Below are positions 43,475 to 54,363 of a stretch of 64,000 bases of DNA, in pieces. Every line of letters starts with the position of its first letter. The first letter of the stretch is position 1. Source of the stretch: an uncultured Clostridia bacterium (lineage in GTDB: Bacteria; Bacillota; Clostridia; TANB77; CAG-508); NCBI GenBank assembly GCA_944392385.1, contig CALXWL010000001.1, forward strand, positions 4,910 to 68,909. Reading direction: 5' to 3'. A program made the translations under genes and the position numbers. The notes below the pieces were generated by a model. That model was given only the letters and a program-made list of their open reading frames with translations. It had not been told where the DNA came from and ran no database searches.

Positions 43475-44260
43475 ATGATAATAACTAGTAAAGATAATGA
43501 AACAATAAAACACATACGAAAACTAAAAGAAAAGAAATATCGAGATGAATTTGGAGAATATATTATAGAAGGTGTAAAATTAATAAATGAAGCAATAGAA
43601 GAAAAATTAGATGTAAAAACAATAGTAATATGCGATAACTGCAATAAAACCGAAGCCATAAATCAAAATTTAATGTATGCAGTAGCAAAATATAGTTGTG
43701 TATATGTAGATGAAAAAGTATTTAATACAATTACAGAAGTTCAAAATCCACAAGGCATATTAGCAGTAGTAGGAAAGAAAAATAAACAAGAAGAAATAAA
43801 CTATAATGAAGATGTTATAGTTATACTAGATGATATTCAAGATCCAGGAAATTTAGGAACAATACTAAGAACAATAGATAGTGCAAATTTAAGCCAAGTA
43901 ATAATATCCAAAAAAAGTGGAGATGTGTATAATCCTAAAGTAATACGCTCTACAATGGGAGCTATATTTAGAATAAATGTAATAGAAAGTTACAGTTTAT
44001 TAGATACAATAAAAAATCTTAAGAAACATAAATTTACAATTATATCTACATCATTAGATACAGATAAAACTATATATGATATACAATACAAAAAAGTAGC
44101 AATAGTAATAGGAAATGAAGCAAATGGTGTATCAAAAGAAATACAAGAAATATCAGATAGTAAAATTAAAATACCAATGCTTGGAAAAACAGAAAGCTTA
44201 AATGCATCAGTTGCAACTGGAATAGTACTATATGAATACGTAAGGCAAAAAATAAAATAA
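43475..44260 (+). CDS. SpoU/TrmH-family RNA 2'-O-methyltransferase
   Basis: LDDIQDPGNLGTILRT...VIGNEANGVS...IPMLGKTESLNASVATGIVLYE. Confidence 0.85.
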   Translation: MIITSKDNETIKHIRKLKEKKYRDEFGEYIIEGVKLINEAIEEKLDVKTIVICDNCNKTEAINQNLMYAVAKYSCVYVDEKVFNTITEVQNPQGILAVVGKKNKQEEINYNEDVIVILDDIQDPGNLGTILRTIDSANLSQVIISKKSGDVYNPKVIRSTMGAIFRINVIESYSLLDTIKNLKKHKFTIISTSLDTDKTIYDIQYKKVAIVIGNEANGVSKEIQEISDSKIKIPMLGKTESLNASVATGIVLYEYVRQKIK

Positions 44261-44335
44261 CACCTTATAATCCTTGCTTTTCCAAAAATAAATATTAAAA
44301 TTAGAAGTCATGAATATTATAAAATGGTGATGAAA

Positions 44336-45235
44336 ATGGAAAAAATATATAATGAGTTAATAAAATACTTAAGCAAAGATAGAGTTTTGAAAAATGAGCC
44401 AATGTGTAAGCATACATCTTTTAAAATTGGTGGACCTGCAGATATATTTGTAAAAGTAAATACAATTGAAGAGCTAAAAAATACTCTAAATATAGCAAAA
44501 ACTAATAAAATTCCAGTAACATGCATAGGAAATGGAACAAACTTATTAGTAAAAGATAAAGGAATAAGAGGAATTACAATAAAGCTAGATTTCAAAGATA
44601 TTAATGTAAACGGAGAAGAAATAGAAGTAGGTTCAGGTATGCAACTTCCAATTTTAGCAAAAACAGCTTATTCAAACAGCCTTACAGGCTTAGAATTTGC
44701 AAGTGGAATACCAGGCACTGTTGGTGGAGCAGTAAAAATGAATGCAGGAGCTTATGGTGGGGAATTTAAAGATATAGTTGTAGAAACTACATATTTAAAT
44801 AGTGAACAAAATTTAAAAAAAATACAAAATAAAGAACATAAATTTAGTTATAGATATAGCATTTTTGATGAAACAAATGATATAATAATATCTACAAAAT
44901 TAAAATTAAAAAAAGGAAACAAAGAATTTATAAAAAGCAAAATGGAAGAATTTTCTTTAAAAAGAAAAGAAAAACAACCAATAAATTTCCCAAATGCAGG
45001 AAGTGTTTTTAAAAGAAAAAATGAATATATTCCAGCAGAAATTATAGACAAATGTGGATTAAAAGGATATAATATAGGGGATGCATATGTTTCGAAGCTA
45101 CATGCAGGATTTATTATAAACAAAGGAAATGCAACTGCGCAGGATGTTTTAAATTTAATAGAACACATAAAAAATGTAGTAAGGCAAAATTATTACATAA
45201 ATTTAGAATTAGAAATAAAAGTAATAGGCGAATAA
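44336..45235 (+). CDS. murB: UDP-N-acetylenolpyruvoylglucosamine reductase
   Basis: ..MCKHTSFKIGGPADIF...IGNGTNLLV...AGSVFKR.. An alternative start lies at 44324. Confidence 0.9.
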   Translation: MEKIYNELIKYLSKDRVLKNEPMCKHTSFKIGGPADIFVKVNTIEELKNTLNIAKTNKIPVTCIGNGTNLLVKDKGIRGITIKLDFKDINVNGEEIEVGSGMQLPILAKTAYSNSLTGLEFASGIPGTVGGAVKMNAGAYGGEFKDIVVETTYLNSEQNLKKIQNKEHKFSYRYSIFDETNDIIISTKLKLKKGNKEFIKSKMEEFSLKRKEKQPINFPNAGSVFKRKNEYIPAEIIDKCGLKGYNIGDAYVSKLHAGFIINKGNATAQDVLNLIEHIKNVVRQNYYINLELEIKVIGE

Positions 45236-45262
45236 TACAAAAAGAAAGGATTGTCAATTAAA

Positions 45263-46741
45263 ATGAAAAGTTTTTTTGGGTGGATGAAAAATAGTACAAA
45301 AATTAAGAGGTGGATACTTTTAATTATAATAGGAATGGTACTAGCATGCTATGGGTTTGCACAAATTCTAGTTTTAGAAAGATTAGAAGTAAATGATATT
45401 ATAAAAATTGTTCTAACATTTGTTGCAGGAGCTACATCATTCATAATAGGTATGGTATTTATGCAAAAAAGAACATTAGAACTAGCAGTTTTCCAAGGCT
45501 CAAAAGATGTAAAAAAGTTAGGAAATACAGATACTAAAAATAAAGACCCTAAAGTTGTAGTAATAGGAGGAGGAGTAGGACTAAATAGAATTCTTACAGG
45601 TCTAAAAAATTACACAAACAATTTAACTGCAATAGTTACAGTATCAACATATGGAAACAATAAAATCAGACCAACAGATACGATAAAGCAAAGTATTATA
45701 GCATTAGCACAAAATAGTACAGAAATGGAAAAGCTTATGAACTTACCAATAGACAATGTAACATTTGGCGACATTTATCTAAATGCAATGGGAAGAGTAA
45801 ATAAAGATTTTGCAGAAGGTATAGAAAAAAGTACAAGCATATTATCCATGATAGGAAAAGTACTACCTGCTACACTAGATGAAATGAAAATATGTGTTGA
45901 ACTAGAAGATGGAACAGTTATAGAGGAAAAAGAAAAAATTGCAGAAGTAACAACAAGTAAAGTAACAAAAATAAATAGAGTATATATAAAACCAACAAAT
46001 TGCAGAACTACCCCAGGAATAGTAGAAGCAATAAAACAAGCAGATGCTATAGTTATTGCACCAGGTTCACTATATACAGAAGTAATACCAAACCTATTAA
46101 TAAAAAATGTAGCTAGAACAATAAGAGAAAGCAAAGCATACAAAATATACATATCAAACATCATGACAGAAAATGGACATACAGATGATTATACACTTTC
46201 AGACCATATAAAAGCTATTACAGAACATGCAGGAGGGCAAATAATAGATTATTGCATTTGTGATAATGGAGATATAATACCTGAAATTGTAAGAAAATAT
46301 AATAAAGCAGGCTCAAATTTTGTATATGTAGATAAACAAAATATAAAAGGTGTAAAAGTCATATCTGCTGATGTATCAGAAACAGAAGGAGAATATATTA
46401 GGCACAATCCATATGAAACAGCAAAGCAAATAATAGAAATAATAGTTAATGACTTAAAATTTAAAGATAAAAAAGAAGATGAAAATTATGTACTATTAAA
46501 TGCAAAATTAAAAGAAAATAAGAAAAAGATGAAAGGAATAAAAAAACCTAAAACCAAAAAACAAAAAAGAATAAAAACAAAAAGTAAATTTAGCAATAAA
46601 TATCATGATAGAATAGAATCAATAAGAGAAAGTGAACAGACAACTAGTATGAACAAAAAGATATATGAAAAAGCAAAAAAAATGACAGATGCAGAGGAGA
46701 AAAAAGAAAAGGAAAAATTCCTAAAAGAAATGAAAAAGTAA
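45263..46741 (+). CDS. YvcK/CofD-like (UPF0052, gluconeogenesis factor family) protein with an N-terminal membrane segment and a Lys-rich C-terminal tail
   Basis: The core reads PKVVVIGGGVGLNRILTGLKNYTNNLTAIVTVS..IVIAPGSLYTEVIPNLL. Two hydrophobic helices precede it and a KKxK-rich tail follows. Confidence 0.75.
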   Translation: MKSFFGWMKNSTKIKRWILLIIIGMVLACYGFAQILVLERLEVNDIIKIVLTFVAGATSFIIGMVFMQKRTLELAVFQGSKDVKKLGNTDTKNKDPKVVVIGGGVGLNRILTGLKNYTNNLTAIVTVSTYGNNKIRPTDTIKQSIIALAQNSTEMEKLMNLPIDNVTFGDIYLNAMGRVNKDFAEGIEKSTSILSMIGKVLPATLDEMKICVELEDGTVIEEKEKIAEVTTSKVTKINRVYIKPTNCRTTPGIVEAIKQADAIVIAPGSLYTEVIPNLLIKNVARTIRESKAYKIYISNIMTENGHTDDYTLSDHIKAITEHAGGQIIDYCICDNGDIIPEIVRKYNKAGSNFVYVDKQNIKGVKVISADVSETEGEYIRHNPYETAKQIIEIIVNDLKFKDKKEDENYVLLNAKLKENKKKMKGIKKPKTKKQKRIKTKSKFSNKYHDRIESIRESEQTTSMNKKIYEKAKKMTDAEEKKEKEKFLKEMKK

Positions 46742-46757
46742 AATGGGGGAATAACGA

Positions 46758-48803
46758 ATGAAACTAGGAAAAGAACAATTAGAACTAAGAGATGGAATAA
46801 CAAAAGAATGGATAATAACAAATGGAATAGGAGGGTATGCTTCATCAAGTATTTTAGGAATAAATACAAGAAAATACCATGGATTATTAGTAGCACCACT
46901 TACACCTCCAGCAAGAAGGCATGTAATACTAGCAAAAGTAGATGAAAGTATAGAAATTGAAGGGAAAAAATACAATTTATATTCTAACATATGTAAAAAC
47001 TATATATCAGATGGATACAAATACTTAGAAAGCTTCGAAAAAGAATACATGCCAGTATTTACTTATAAAGTAGGCGAGGTAAAAATAACAAAAATAATAT
47101 GTATGGAACATGGAAAAAATACAGTTTGCATATTATATAAAATACAAAATGAAGGTAAAAAAGCAACATTTACAGTAACTCCAATAGTAAATTTTAGAGA
47201 TTTTCATTCAATGAACACAAACCATTACTTTAAAATAAATCAAACAATAAAAAGCAAAAAAGTTAAACTTGAAATAGATGAATATACAAACAACCCAGTA
47301 TATTTTTATATGTCAAAAGGAAAATACATAGAACATTTTAATGATACATTTAAAAACATGTATTATATAGAAGAAGAAAAAAGAGGATTCTTCCCAGAAG
47401 AAAACCATGCAGTTCCAGGAAGATATGAAATAGAAATAGAAGAAAATGAAAAAACAGAAATTACATTTATATGTTCTTTAGAAGAAAATATTGAAGAAAT
47501 AAATGCAAGAACTGTTATAAATAAAGAAATTATAAGAATAAATGAATTGATGTATAAAGCAGAATTTATAGAAGCAAAATCAGATATAACTAAACTTTCA
47601 AAAGAAAAACTAAAAGAAATAGAAATGAAAAGATATTTCATGATAGCAATGGATAACTTCATAGTATATAGGCCAAGCTTTGGATACCACACTATAATTG
47701 CAGGATATCCATGGTTTTTAGACTGGGGAAGAGATGCTTTAATTTCATTTGAAGGACTATTGTTAATGACAAAAAGATATAAATATGCAAGAGATGTACT
47801 ATTAACACTTACAAGAGATATAAAATTTGGATTAGTACCAAATGGATATTCAGGATATGACAATAGACCTTTATATAATAGTGTAGATAGTTCACTTTTA
47901 TTATTTGAACAAGTAAGAAAATATATAGATTACACATCAGATTATGAATTTATAAAAACACATTTATATGTAAAATTAAAATCAATTATAGAAAACTACG
48001 AAAAAGGGATAGATATAGATAATAACAACATATTTTTAGATGAAGATGGTTTAATTTCGTCTGGAACGGAAGAAACTCAAAACACATGGATGGATGCAAA
48101 ATATGGAAATCACTCATTTACTCCAAGAAATGGAAAAGCAGTTGAAGTGAATAGCCTATGGTATAATGCATTAAAAATAATGGAACTCTTAAGTAAAAAA
48201 ATGGGAGATAGAAAAGAAGCAAAAGAATATGCAAGAAAGGCAGAACAATGCAAAAAATCATTTGAAGAAAAATTCTATAACAGCAAGAAAAAATGTTTAT
48301 ATGATGTACTAGGAGATGCCAAAGTAAGACCAAACCAATTATTTAGTATATCTTTAACATATCCAGTAATAGATCCAAATTCAGAAAAGGCAAAAAACAT
48401 GATAGAAACAGTAGAAAAAAAATTATTAAATCAATATGGACTAAAAACACTAGCAAAAGGAGAAAAAGGATATGTAGATACATATGAAGGAGATGGATTT
48501 AGAAGAGATTCAAGTTACCACCAAGGAATAACATGGGTGTGGCTACTAGGATTATATTATGATGGATTAAGAAACATGTTAAAAAAAGAAAAGGACAAAA
48601 AGGAAAAAGAAAAACTAAAACAAAAAATTTCAGACTTTAAACAAAAAACTAAAAAAACATTTACAAAAGAGTTACAAGAAAGAGGATGCATAGGTTCAAT
48701 CGCAGAAATATATGATTCAAGAGCTCCATACCTGCCAAAAGGAGCAATAGCTCAAAGTTGGAGTGTAGCAGAAGTATTTAGGATAATATATGGAAAGGAT
48801 TAA
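46758..48803 (+). CDS. Glycogen debranching enzyme (amylo-alpha-1,6-glucosidase, GDE_C type)
   Basis: ..WIITNGIGGYASSSILGINTRKYHGLLVAPLTPPARR...GYPWFLDWGRDALISFEGL...QSWSVAE. Confidence 0.85.
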   Translation: MKLGKEQLELRDGITKEWIITNGIGGYASSSILGINTRKYHGLLVAPLTPPARRHVILAKVDESIEIEGKKYNLYSNICKNYISDGYKYLESFEKEYMPVFTYKVGEVKITKIICMEHGKNTVCILYKIQNEGKKATFTVTPIVNFRDFHSMNTNHYFKINQTIKSKKVKLEIDEYTNNPVYFYMSKGKYIEHFNDTFKNMYYIEEEKRGFFPEENHAVPGRYEIEIEENEKTEITFICSLEENIEEINARTVINKEIIRINELMYKAEFIEAKSDITKLSKEKLKEIEMKRYFMIAMDNFIVYRPSFGYHTIIAGYPWFLDWGRDALISFEGLLLMTKRYKYARDVLLTLTRDIKFGLVPNGYSGYDNRPLYNSVDSSLLLFEQVRKYIDYTSDYEFIKTHLYVKLKSIIENYEKGIDIDNNNIFLDEDGLISSGTEETQNTWMDAKYGNHSFTPRNGKAVEVNSLWYNALKIMELLSKKMGDRKEAKEYARKAEQCKKSFEEKFYNSKKKCLYDVLGDAKVRPNQLFSISLTYPVIDPNSEKAKNMIETVEKKLLNQYGLKTLAKGEKGYVDTYEGDGFRRDSSYHQGITWVWLLGLYYDGLRNMLKKEKDKKEKEKLKQKISDFKQKTKKTFTKELQERGCIGSIAEIYDSRAPYLPKGAIAQSWSVAEVFRIIYGKD

Positions 48804-48806
48804 ACA

Positions 48807-49292
48807 ATGAGAATACTAGGAATAGACCCAGGATACGCAATAACAGGATATAGTATAATAGATTACATAGGGAACAAATTCAAATTAATAGACTCAGGAG
48901 CAGTAACAACAAATGCAGGCTTGTCATTCCCATTAAGGCTCACAAAAATATATGATGATGTAGGAATGTTAATAGATACATATAAACCAGATGCAATATC
49001 AGTAGAAGAATTATTTTTTAACAACAACCAAAAAACAGCAATAAACGTAGCACAAGCAAGAGGAATAATACTAACAGTAGGTTGTAAAAAAAATATACCA
49101 ACATTTGAATACACACCTTTGCAAATAAAACAAGCAGTAGCAGGATATGGAAGAGCAGATAAAGGACAAGTACAAAAGATGGTAAAAACAATATTAAATG
49201 TAGAAAAACTACCAAAATTAGATGATACAACAGATAGCATGGCAGCAGCAATATGTCATGCACACTCAGCAAAATTTGCACAGCAATTATAA
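48807..49292 (+). CDS. ruvC: Holliday junction resolvase RuvC
   Basis: MRILGIDPGYAITGYSII...DAISVEELFFNNN...DTTDSMAAAICHA. Confidence 0.95.
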   Translation: MRILGIDPGYAITGYSIIDYIGNKFKLIDSGAVTTNAGLSFPLRLTKIYDDVGMLIDTYKPDAISVEELFFNNNQKTAINVAQARGIILTVGCKKNIPTFEYTPLQIKQAVAGYGRADKGQVQKMVKTILNVEKLPKLDDTTDSMAAAICHAHSAKFAQQL

Positions 49293-49302
49293 AGGAGAAA
49301 AA

Positions 49303-50346
49303 GTGACAGTAGAAGAATTAGAAAAAAATTTAAAAACAGGAACTCTAAATAGCTTATACCTGTTATATGGTGAAGAAGAATATTTGCTTGAAACTTGTGT
49401 AAAAAGAATAAAAAAGAACTTTGGAGAACTAATAAATGGTATTAACTATATACAAATAGATGACAAAAATGTAGATAAATTAATATCAGATATAGAAACT
49501 CCAGCATTTGGATATTCTAGAAAATTAATAATAGTAAAAAATTCAGGATTATTCAAAAAAGAAGCACGAGGTAGAAAAAAAGAAGAAACTGCTAATAAAA
49601 AAAACAAAAACGCGAAAACGCTACAAGAAAAAATATCAGCATATATAACAGAAAATATAGAAGTAATAAAAGAAATGGTTGTTATTGTATTCATAGAACA
49701 AGAAATAGGTACAAACGACTTACAAAAAACGATACAAAAACTAGGAATAGTTTGTAATTTCGAAAAATTAAAACCTTTGCAAATTTCAAAAAGAATAAAA
49801 AGCATATGTAGTGCTTATAAAGTAAAAATAGATGATAAAACAATAGGATACTTTATAGAAACATGTGGAACAAGCATGATGACACTAATAAATGAAATAC
49901 GAAAACTAATAGAATACGTAGGAGAAAATGGCACAATAAGAATAGAAGATATAGAAAAACTATCAATAAAAGAGCTAGACAGTGTAATATTTGACCTAAC
50001 AGATAGTTTAGGACAAAAAAACATAAAAGAAGCACTAAAAACATTAAAAGAATTATTATATAACAAAGAACCAATACAAAAAATACTGATAACACTATAT
50101 AATCACTTGAGAAAAATATATATAACTATATTAGCACAGCAATATAATGAAAATATAGCAGAAGCATTAAACTTAAAGCCAAATCAAATGTTTTTAATAA
50201 CTAAATACAAAAAACAAGCAACATACTTCAAAAAACAAGAGCTAAGAGAAATTCTGCAAAAACTAATTGATTTAGACTACAAATCAAAACAAGGACTAAT
50301 AGATGTAAATATAGGACTAGAAGCAATATTATGCATAATGCAATAA
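49303..50346 (+). CDS. holA: DNA polymerase III delta subunit
   Basis: A GTG start follows AAAGGAG. ..LNSLYLLYGEEEYLLE... The size and layout match HolA. The ORF-track start at 49222 overlaps ruvC and was trimmed. Confidence 0.8.
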   Translation: MTVEELEKNLKTGTLNSLYLLYGEEEYLLETCVKRIKKNFGELINGINYIQIDDKNVDKLISDIETPAFGYSRKLIIVKNSGLFKKEARGRKKEETANKKNKNAKTLQEKISAYITENIEVIKEMVVIVFIEQEIGTNDLQKTIQKLGIVCNFEKLKPLQISKRIKSICSAYKVKIDDKTIGYFIETCGTSMMTLINEIRKLIEYVGENGTIRIEDIEKLSIKELDSVIFDLTDSLGQKNIKEALKTLKELLYNKEPIQKILITLYNHLRKIYITILAQQYNENIAEALNLKPNQMFLITKYKKQATYFKKQELREILQKLIDLDYKSKQGLIDVNIGLEAILCIMQ

Positions 50347-50418
50347 ACTAATTGCTAAATATGGAGAAATATGTTATAATATGTAAAGATTGCAAATGAA
50401 AAAAGAGGGTGCGAAAGA

Positions 50419-50751
50419 ATGTTATTAATGGGGATAATATACATATTAATAATAGTAATATTCATATTGATTATGTTTGCATATGTTCAAATAAAAATAG
50501 CAGGAATGAATGTAAAAGACTTTTACAGCTTCATAGAAGCCAATCAAACATTAGATAAACTATATAGGTTCTCAAAAAAATATGAAAAACTAAGTAGCCA
50601 GGACCAACTTATATTCTTAGCAGAAGCAGAAAAAGTATTTAATGCATTTGATAAAGTACCAGACCTATTATGGGAAGAAGAATATCAAAAATATATGGAT
50701 GTATTAGATAAATATAAAGATATAAAAATGGTAAGATGGGAACAAAATTAG
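50419..50751 (+). CDS. Small membrane-anchored hypothetical protein
   Basis: 110 aa with an N-terminal TM segment and RBS AGAGGGTG. Confidence 0.5.
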   Translation: MLLMGIIYILIIVIFILIMFAYVQIKIAGMNVKDFYSFIEANQTLDKLYRFSKKYEKLSSQDQLIFLAEAEKVFNAFDKVPDLLWEEEYQKYMDVLDKYKDIKMVRWEQN

Positions 50752-50781
50752 TAAACAAAAAATGTTTACTAATTTTTTTTT
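50748..50781 (+). terminator. Rho-independent terminator
   Basis: TTAGTAAACA-aaaaa-TGTTTACTAA plus T9. Confidence 0.8.
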
Positions 50782-50844
50782 ATATGTTAAAATGTATCTG
50801 TAATAGCAGAACCAATGTAATCAAATAAGGAGGAAAAATAACAC

Positions 50845-53800
50845 ATGGCTTGGACGAAAGAGCAAGAAAGAGCAATATACCAAAAAGGGGACAATATTTT
50901 AGTAGCAGCAGCTGCAGGTAGCGGTAAAACAGCAGTATTAGTTGAAAGAATAATAAATAAGATTATAAATGACCACATAGATGTAGATAAGTTATTAGTT
51001 GTAACATTCACAAATGCTGCTGCAACAGAAATGCGAGAAAGAGTATTAGACAACATATACAAAAAACTAGAAGATGATCCAGATAATTTAAAACTGCAAA
51101 AACAAATAGTATTACTAAATAAATCACATATATCAACAATACATGCATTCTGTTTAGAAGTAATAAAAAATCACTTTTACAAAACAAATATATCTCCAAA
51201 CTTTAGGCTTGCTAATACTCCTGAAATAGAACTTCTAAGAATGGAAGTTTTAGAAGATGTATTTGAAAATTTATATGAACAAAAAAGCCAATCCTTTATT
51301 AAATTAATAGACACATATTGCGGATATAGAAATGATGATAACTTAAAAGAAATAGTTTTAAAAATATATAAATATATTCAAAGCATGCCATATCCAGAAG
51401 AATGGCTAAAAAAACAAACACAAAAATTCAAAACAGATATAGAGCAAGATTTTTCTCAAACAATATGGGGGAAAATTTTAATGGACTATGCAAAAGATAT
51501 AATAACAGAAAGCATAGAAAGCCTAAAAAACATTAACAAAAAACTTAAGCTAGAACAAGAACTTATAAAATGGTATTCAATTATAAATGATGATATAGAA
51601 CAATTGCAAACTATACTAAAATTAGAAAAATGGGACAATATCTATGAAAATATTAAAGACCTAAAGTTCAAAACTTGGGCACAGGATAGAAAAATACTTT
51701 CAGAACTAAAAGATAATGCAAAAGCTATAAGAGATAAAGTAAAAGATAAAATAGACGAACTAAAGAATAAAATATTTATATATAATTCCAAAGAAGCAAA
51801 TTCAGATATATCTGCAATGTATGAAAACATATATGAAATACAAAATATAGTACTAAAATTTTCAGAAGAATATAAAAAAGCCAAATTGCAAAAAAACATA
51901 ATAGACTTTAATGACATAGAGCACTTAGCATTAAGCTTATTGGTTCAAAAAAACGAGCAAGGTAGTTACGAGCCAACAGAAATTGCAAAAGAATATCAAG
52001 AACTTTTTGAAGAAATTGCAATAGATGAATACCAAGATAGCAGCCAAATACAAGAAGAAATCCTAAAACAAGTTTCAAAAGGAAACAACATATTTATGGT
52101 AGGAGATGTAAAACAAAGTATATATAAATTCAGACAAGCAAAACCGGAGTTATTCCTAGAAAAATATAACACATATAAAGATAATAAAATACAGCTATTT
52201 GCAAATTTTAGGAGTAGAAAAAATGTGCTAGACATAACAAACGTTATTTTTGAAAATATAATGAGCAAAGAATTTGGAAGTATAAAATACGATGAAAACG
52301 AATTCTTAAACGTAGGACAAAAATATTTAGAAACAGATAAGAAAATTTTCGATAAGGCAGAGTTACATATAATAGATGCAAATCAAGAATTAGAATTAGA
52401 GGAGCAAGAAGAAATACTAGAAAATGTAGAAATAGAAGCTAAATTTGTAGCAAAAAGAATACAAAAATTATTAAAAGAAGACTACTATGTATTTGATAAA
52501 AAACAAGGTTACAGAAAACTTCAATATAAAGATATAGTTATAATACTTAGAAAAACCGCAAATGTAGCACCAGTATATGAAAAAGAACTATCAGAAATAG
52601 GTTATCCAGTATTTAGTGATATAGGAACAAACTACTTTGAAAGTATAGAAATACAAACAATGATGAGTCTACTAAAAATAATAAGTAATCCAGATAACGA
52701 CATAGCATTAGTAACCGTTTTAAGAAGTCCAATAGGAGGCTTTACAGATAATGAGCTAATAGAAATAAGAATGCAAAACAAAAATGAAAGTTTCTATACG
52801 GCATTATTAGAAAGCAAAGCAAAAGAGACTCTAAAAGGAAAAATAGAAAACATCTTACAACTAATAGAAGACCTAAATGAAAAACAAGAATATTTAAAGC
52901 TAGATGAACTAATATGGTATGTTTATGAAAAAACAGGATACTATAAATATGTAAATTTAACAGAAAATGGAGAAATAAAAGCAGCAAACTTAAAAATGTT
53001 ATTTGAAAAAGCAAGAGACTATGAACAAGGAAGTTTCAAAGGCTTATATAATTTTATAAATTTTATAGATAAAGTAACAAAACAAAATACAGATATGGGA
53101 GCACCAAAACTAATAGGCGAAAATGAAAATGTAATAAGGATAATGAGCATACACAAAAGCAAAGGGCTAGAATTTCCAGTTGTATTTTTATGTGGTACAG
53201 GCAATCAATTTAATATGTTAGACTTAAATGATAATATATTAATACATTCAGAGCTAGGGTTTGGACCAAAAATGATAAATTATGAAAGAAAAATACAATA
53301 TAACACATTAGCAAAAGAAGCAATAAAACTTAAGTTAAAAAAAGAACTAAAAGAAGAAGAAATGAGATTGCTATATGTAGCACTAACACGAGCAAGAGAA
53401 AAACTAATAATAACAGGTATAGATAAAAACTTACAAAAATCAATACAGGAAAAAGAAGAGTTTTTACAAACAGTAGGAAATAAAGTTAAAAAAGCACTAG
53501 CAGAAAAAGCAAAAACATATTTAGATTGGATAGAAACAGTAAACATAGCAGATAGTAGAATGAAAAAATTAATAGATGTGTATGAACATCAAAAAAATGA
53601 AAACTTTGAAATAGAAAAAATGGAAGAAAACACAGAATATGCAGAAATAGAAGAACGACCAATAAATCCTAAAATAGATAAAATATTAAATTGGGAATAT
53701 TCAAAAAATGAATTAACAAAAATAGAAGGAAAAAGTTCTGTAAGCAAATTAACTAAAGAAACGGAAAACCAAGAAACTGAAGCCACTCTAAAAAAACCGA

Positions 53801-54336
53801 AATTCCTAGAAGGAGAGTTACCATTAAGCAAATCAGAAATAGGAACAACAGTACACTTAATAATGCAAAAACTAGATTTCAAGCAAAAATATACAAAGCA
53901 AAAAATAGAGCAAATGCTAGAGGAGTTAGAACAAAAACAAATAATTACAACAAAACAAAAACAATCAGTACCAAAGAAAAAAATACTAGCCTTTACACAA
54001 AGCGAATTATTTAAGGATATATCAAAATCAGTAAAAGTATGCAAAGAACAACCATTCTACATAAATATACCAGTAAAAGAACTATACGAAAGTACATCAG
54101 ATGAAAAAATACTAGTACAAGGAATAATAGACTTATACTATATAACAGAAAACAATGAAATAGTTCTAGTAGACTACAAAACAGACTATGTGCCAGAAAA
54201 ACAAGAACAAAACTTAATAGAAAAATATCAAGGACAATTATCATTATATAAACGTGCATTAGAGCAATCACTACAAAGAAAAATAAGCAAAATATATATT
54301 TATTCAACATATTTAGAAAAAGCAATAAAATTATGA
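50845..54336 (+). CDS. addA: AddA-type helicase-nuclease (UvrD/Rep helicase plus C-terminal PD-(D/E)XK nuclease)
   Basis: AAAGSGKTAVLVERI, DEYQDSSQIQ, and the C-terminal GIIDLYY..IVLVDYKTD nuclease motif. Confidence 0.85.
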   Translation: MAWTKEQERAIYQKGDNILVAAAAGSGKTAVLVERIINKIINDHIDVDKLLVVTFTNAAATEMRERVLDNIYKKLEDDPDNLKLQKQIVLLNKSHISTIHAFCLEVIKNHFYKTNISPNFRLANTPEIELLRMEVLEDVFENLYEQKSQSFIKLIDTYCGYRNDDNLKEIVLKIYKYIQSMPYPEEWLKKQTQKFKTDIEQDFSQTIWGKILMDYAKDIITESIESLKNINKKLKLEQELIKWYSIINDDIEQLQTILKLEKWDNIYENIKDLKFKTWAQDRKILSELKDNAKAIRDKVKDKIDELKNKIFIYNSKEANSDISAMYENIYEIQNIVLKFSEEYKKAKLQKNIIDFNDIEHLALSLLVQKNEQGSYEPTEIAKEYQELFEEIAIDEYQDSSQIQEEILKQVSKGNNIFMVGDVKQSIYKFRQAKPELFLEKYNTYKDNKIQLFANFRSRKNVLDITNVIFENIMSKEFGSIKYDENEFLNVGQKYLETDKKIFDKAELHIIDANQELELEEQEEILENVEIEAKFVAKRIQKLLKEDYYVFDKKQGYRKLQYKDIVIILRKTANVAPVYEKELSEIGYPVFSDIGTNYFESIEIQTMMSLLKIISNPDNDIALVTVLRSPIGGFTDNELIEIRMQNKNESFYTALLESKAKETLKGKIENILQLIEDLNEKQEYLKLDELIWYVYEKTGYYKYVNLTENGEIKAANLKMLFEKARDYEQGSFKGLYNFINFIDKVTKQNTDMGAPKLIGENENVIRIMSIHKSKGLEFPVVFLCGTGNQFNMLDLNDNILIHSELGFGPKMINYERKIQYNTLAKEAIKLKLKKELKEEEMRLLYVALTRAREKLIITGIDKNLQKSIQEKEEFLQTVGNKVKKALAEKAKTYLDWIETVNIADSRMKKLIDVYEHQKNENFEIEKMEENTEYAEIEERPINPKIDKILNWEYSKNELTKIEGKSSVSKLTKETENQETEATLKKPKFLEGELPLSKSEIGTTVHLIMQKLDFKQKYTKQKIEQMLEELEQKQIITTKQKQSVPKKKILAFTQSELFKDISKSVKVCKEQPFYINIPVKELYESTSDEKILVQGIIDLYYITENNEIVLVDYKTDYVPEKQEQNLIEKYQGQLSLYKRALEQSLQRKISKIYIYSTYLEKAIKL

Positions 54337-54363
54337 AAATAACAATCAATAAAGGTGAAAAAA

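Noticed and set aside
49222-49302. The long N-terminal extension of holA overlapping ruvC, and similar track extensions (32490-32504 PBP, 54355 priA, 56574 def, 58040 cinA-like, 11728 tape measure)
   Set aside because: Better start codons with Shine-Dalgarno sequences lie downstream, and the extensions overlap upstream genes or lack an RBS.
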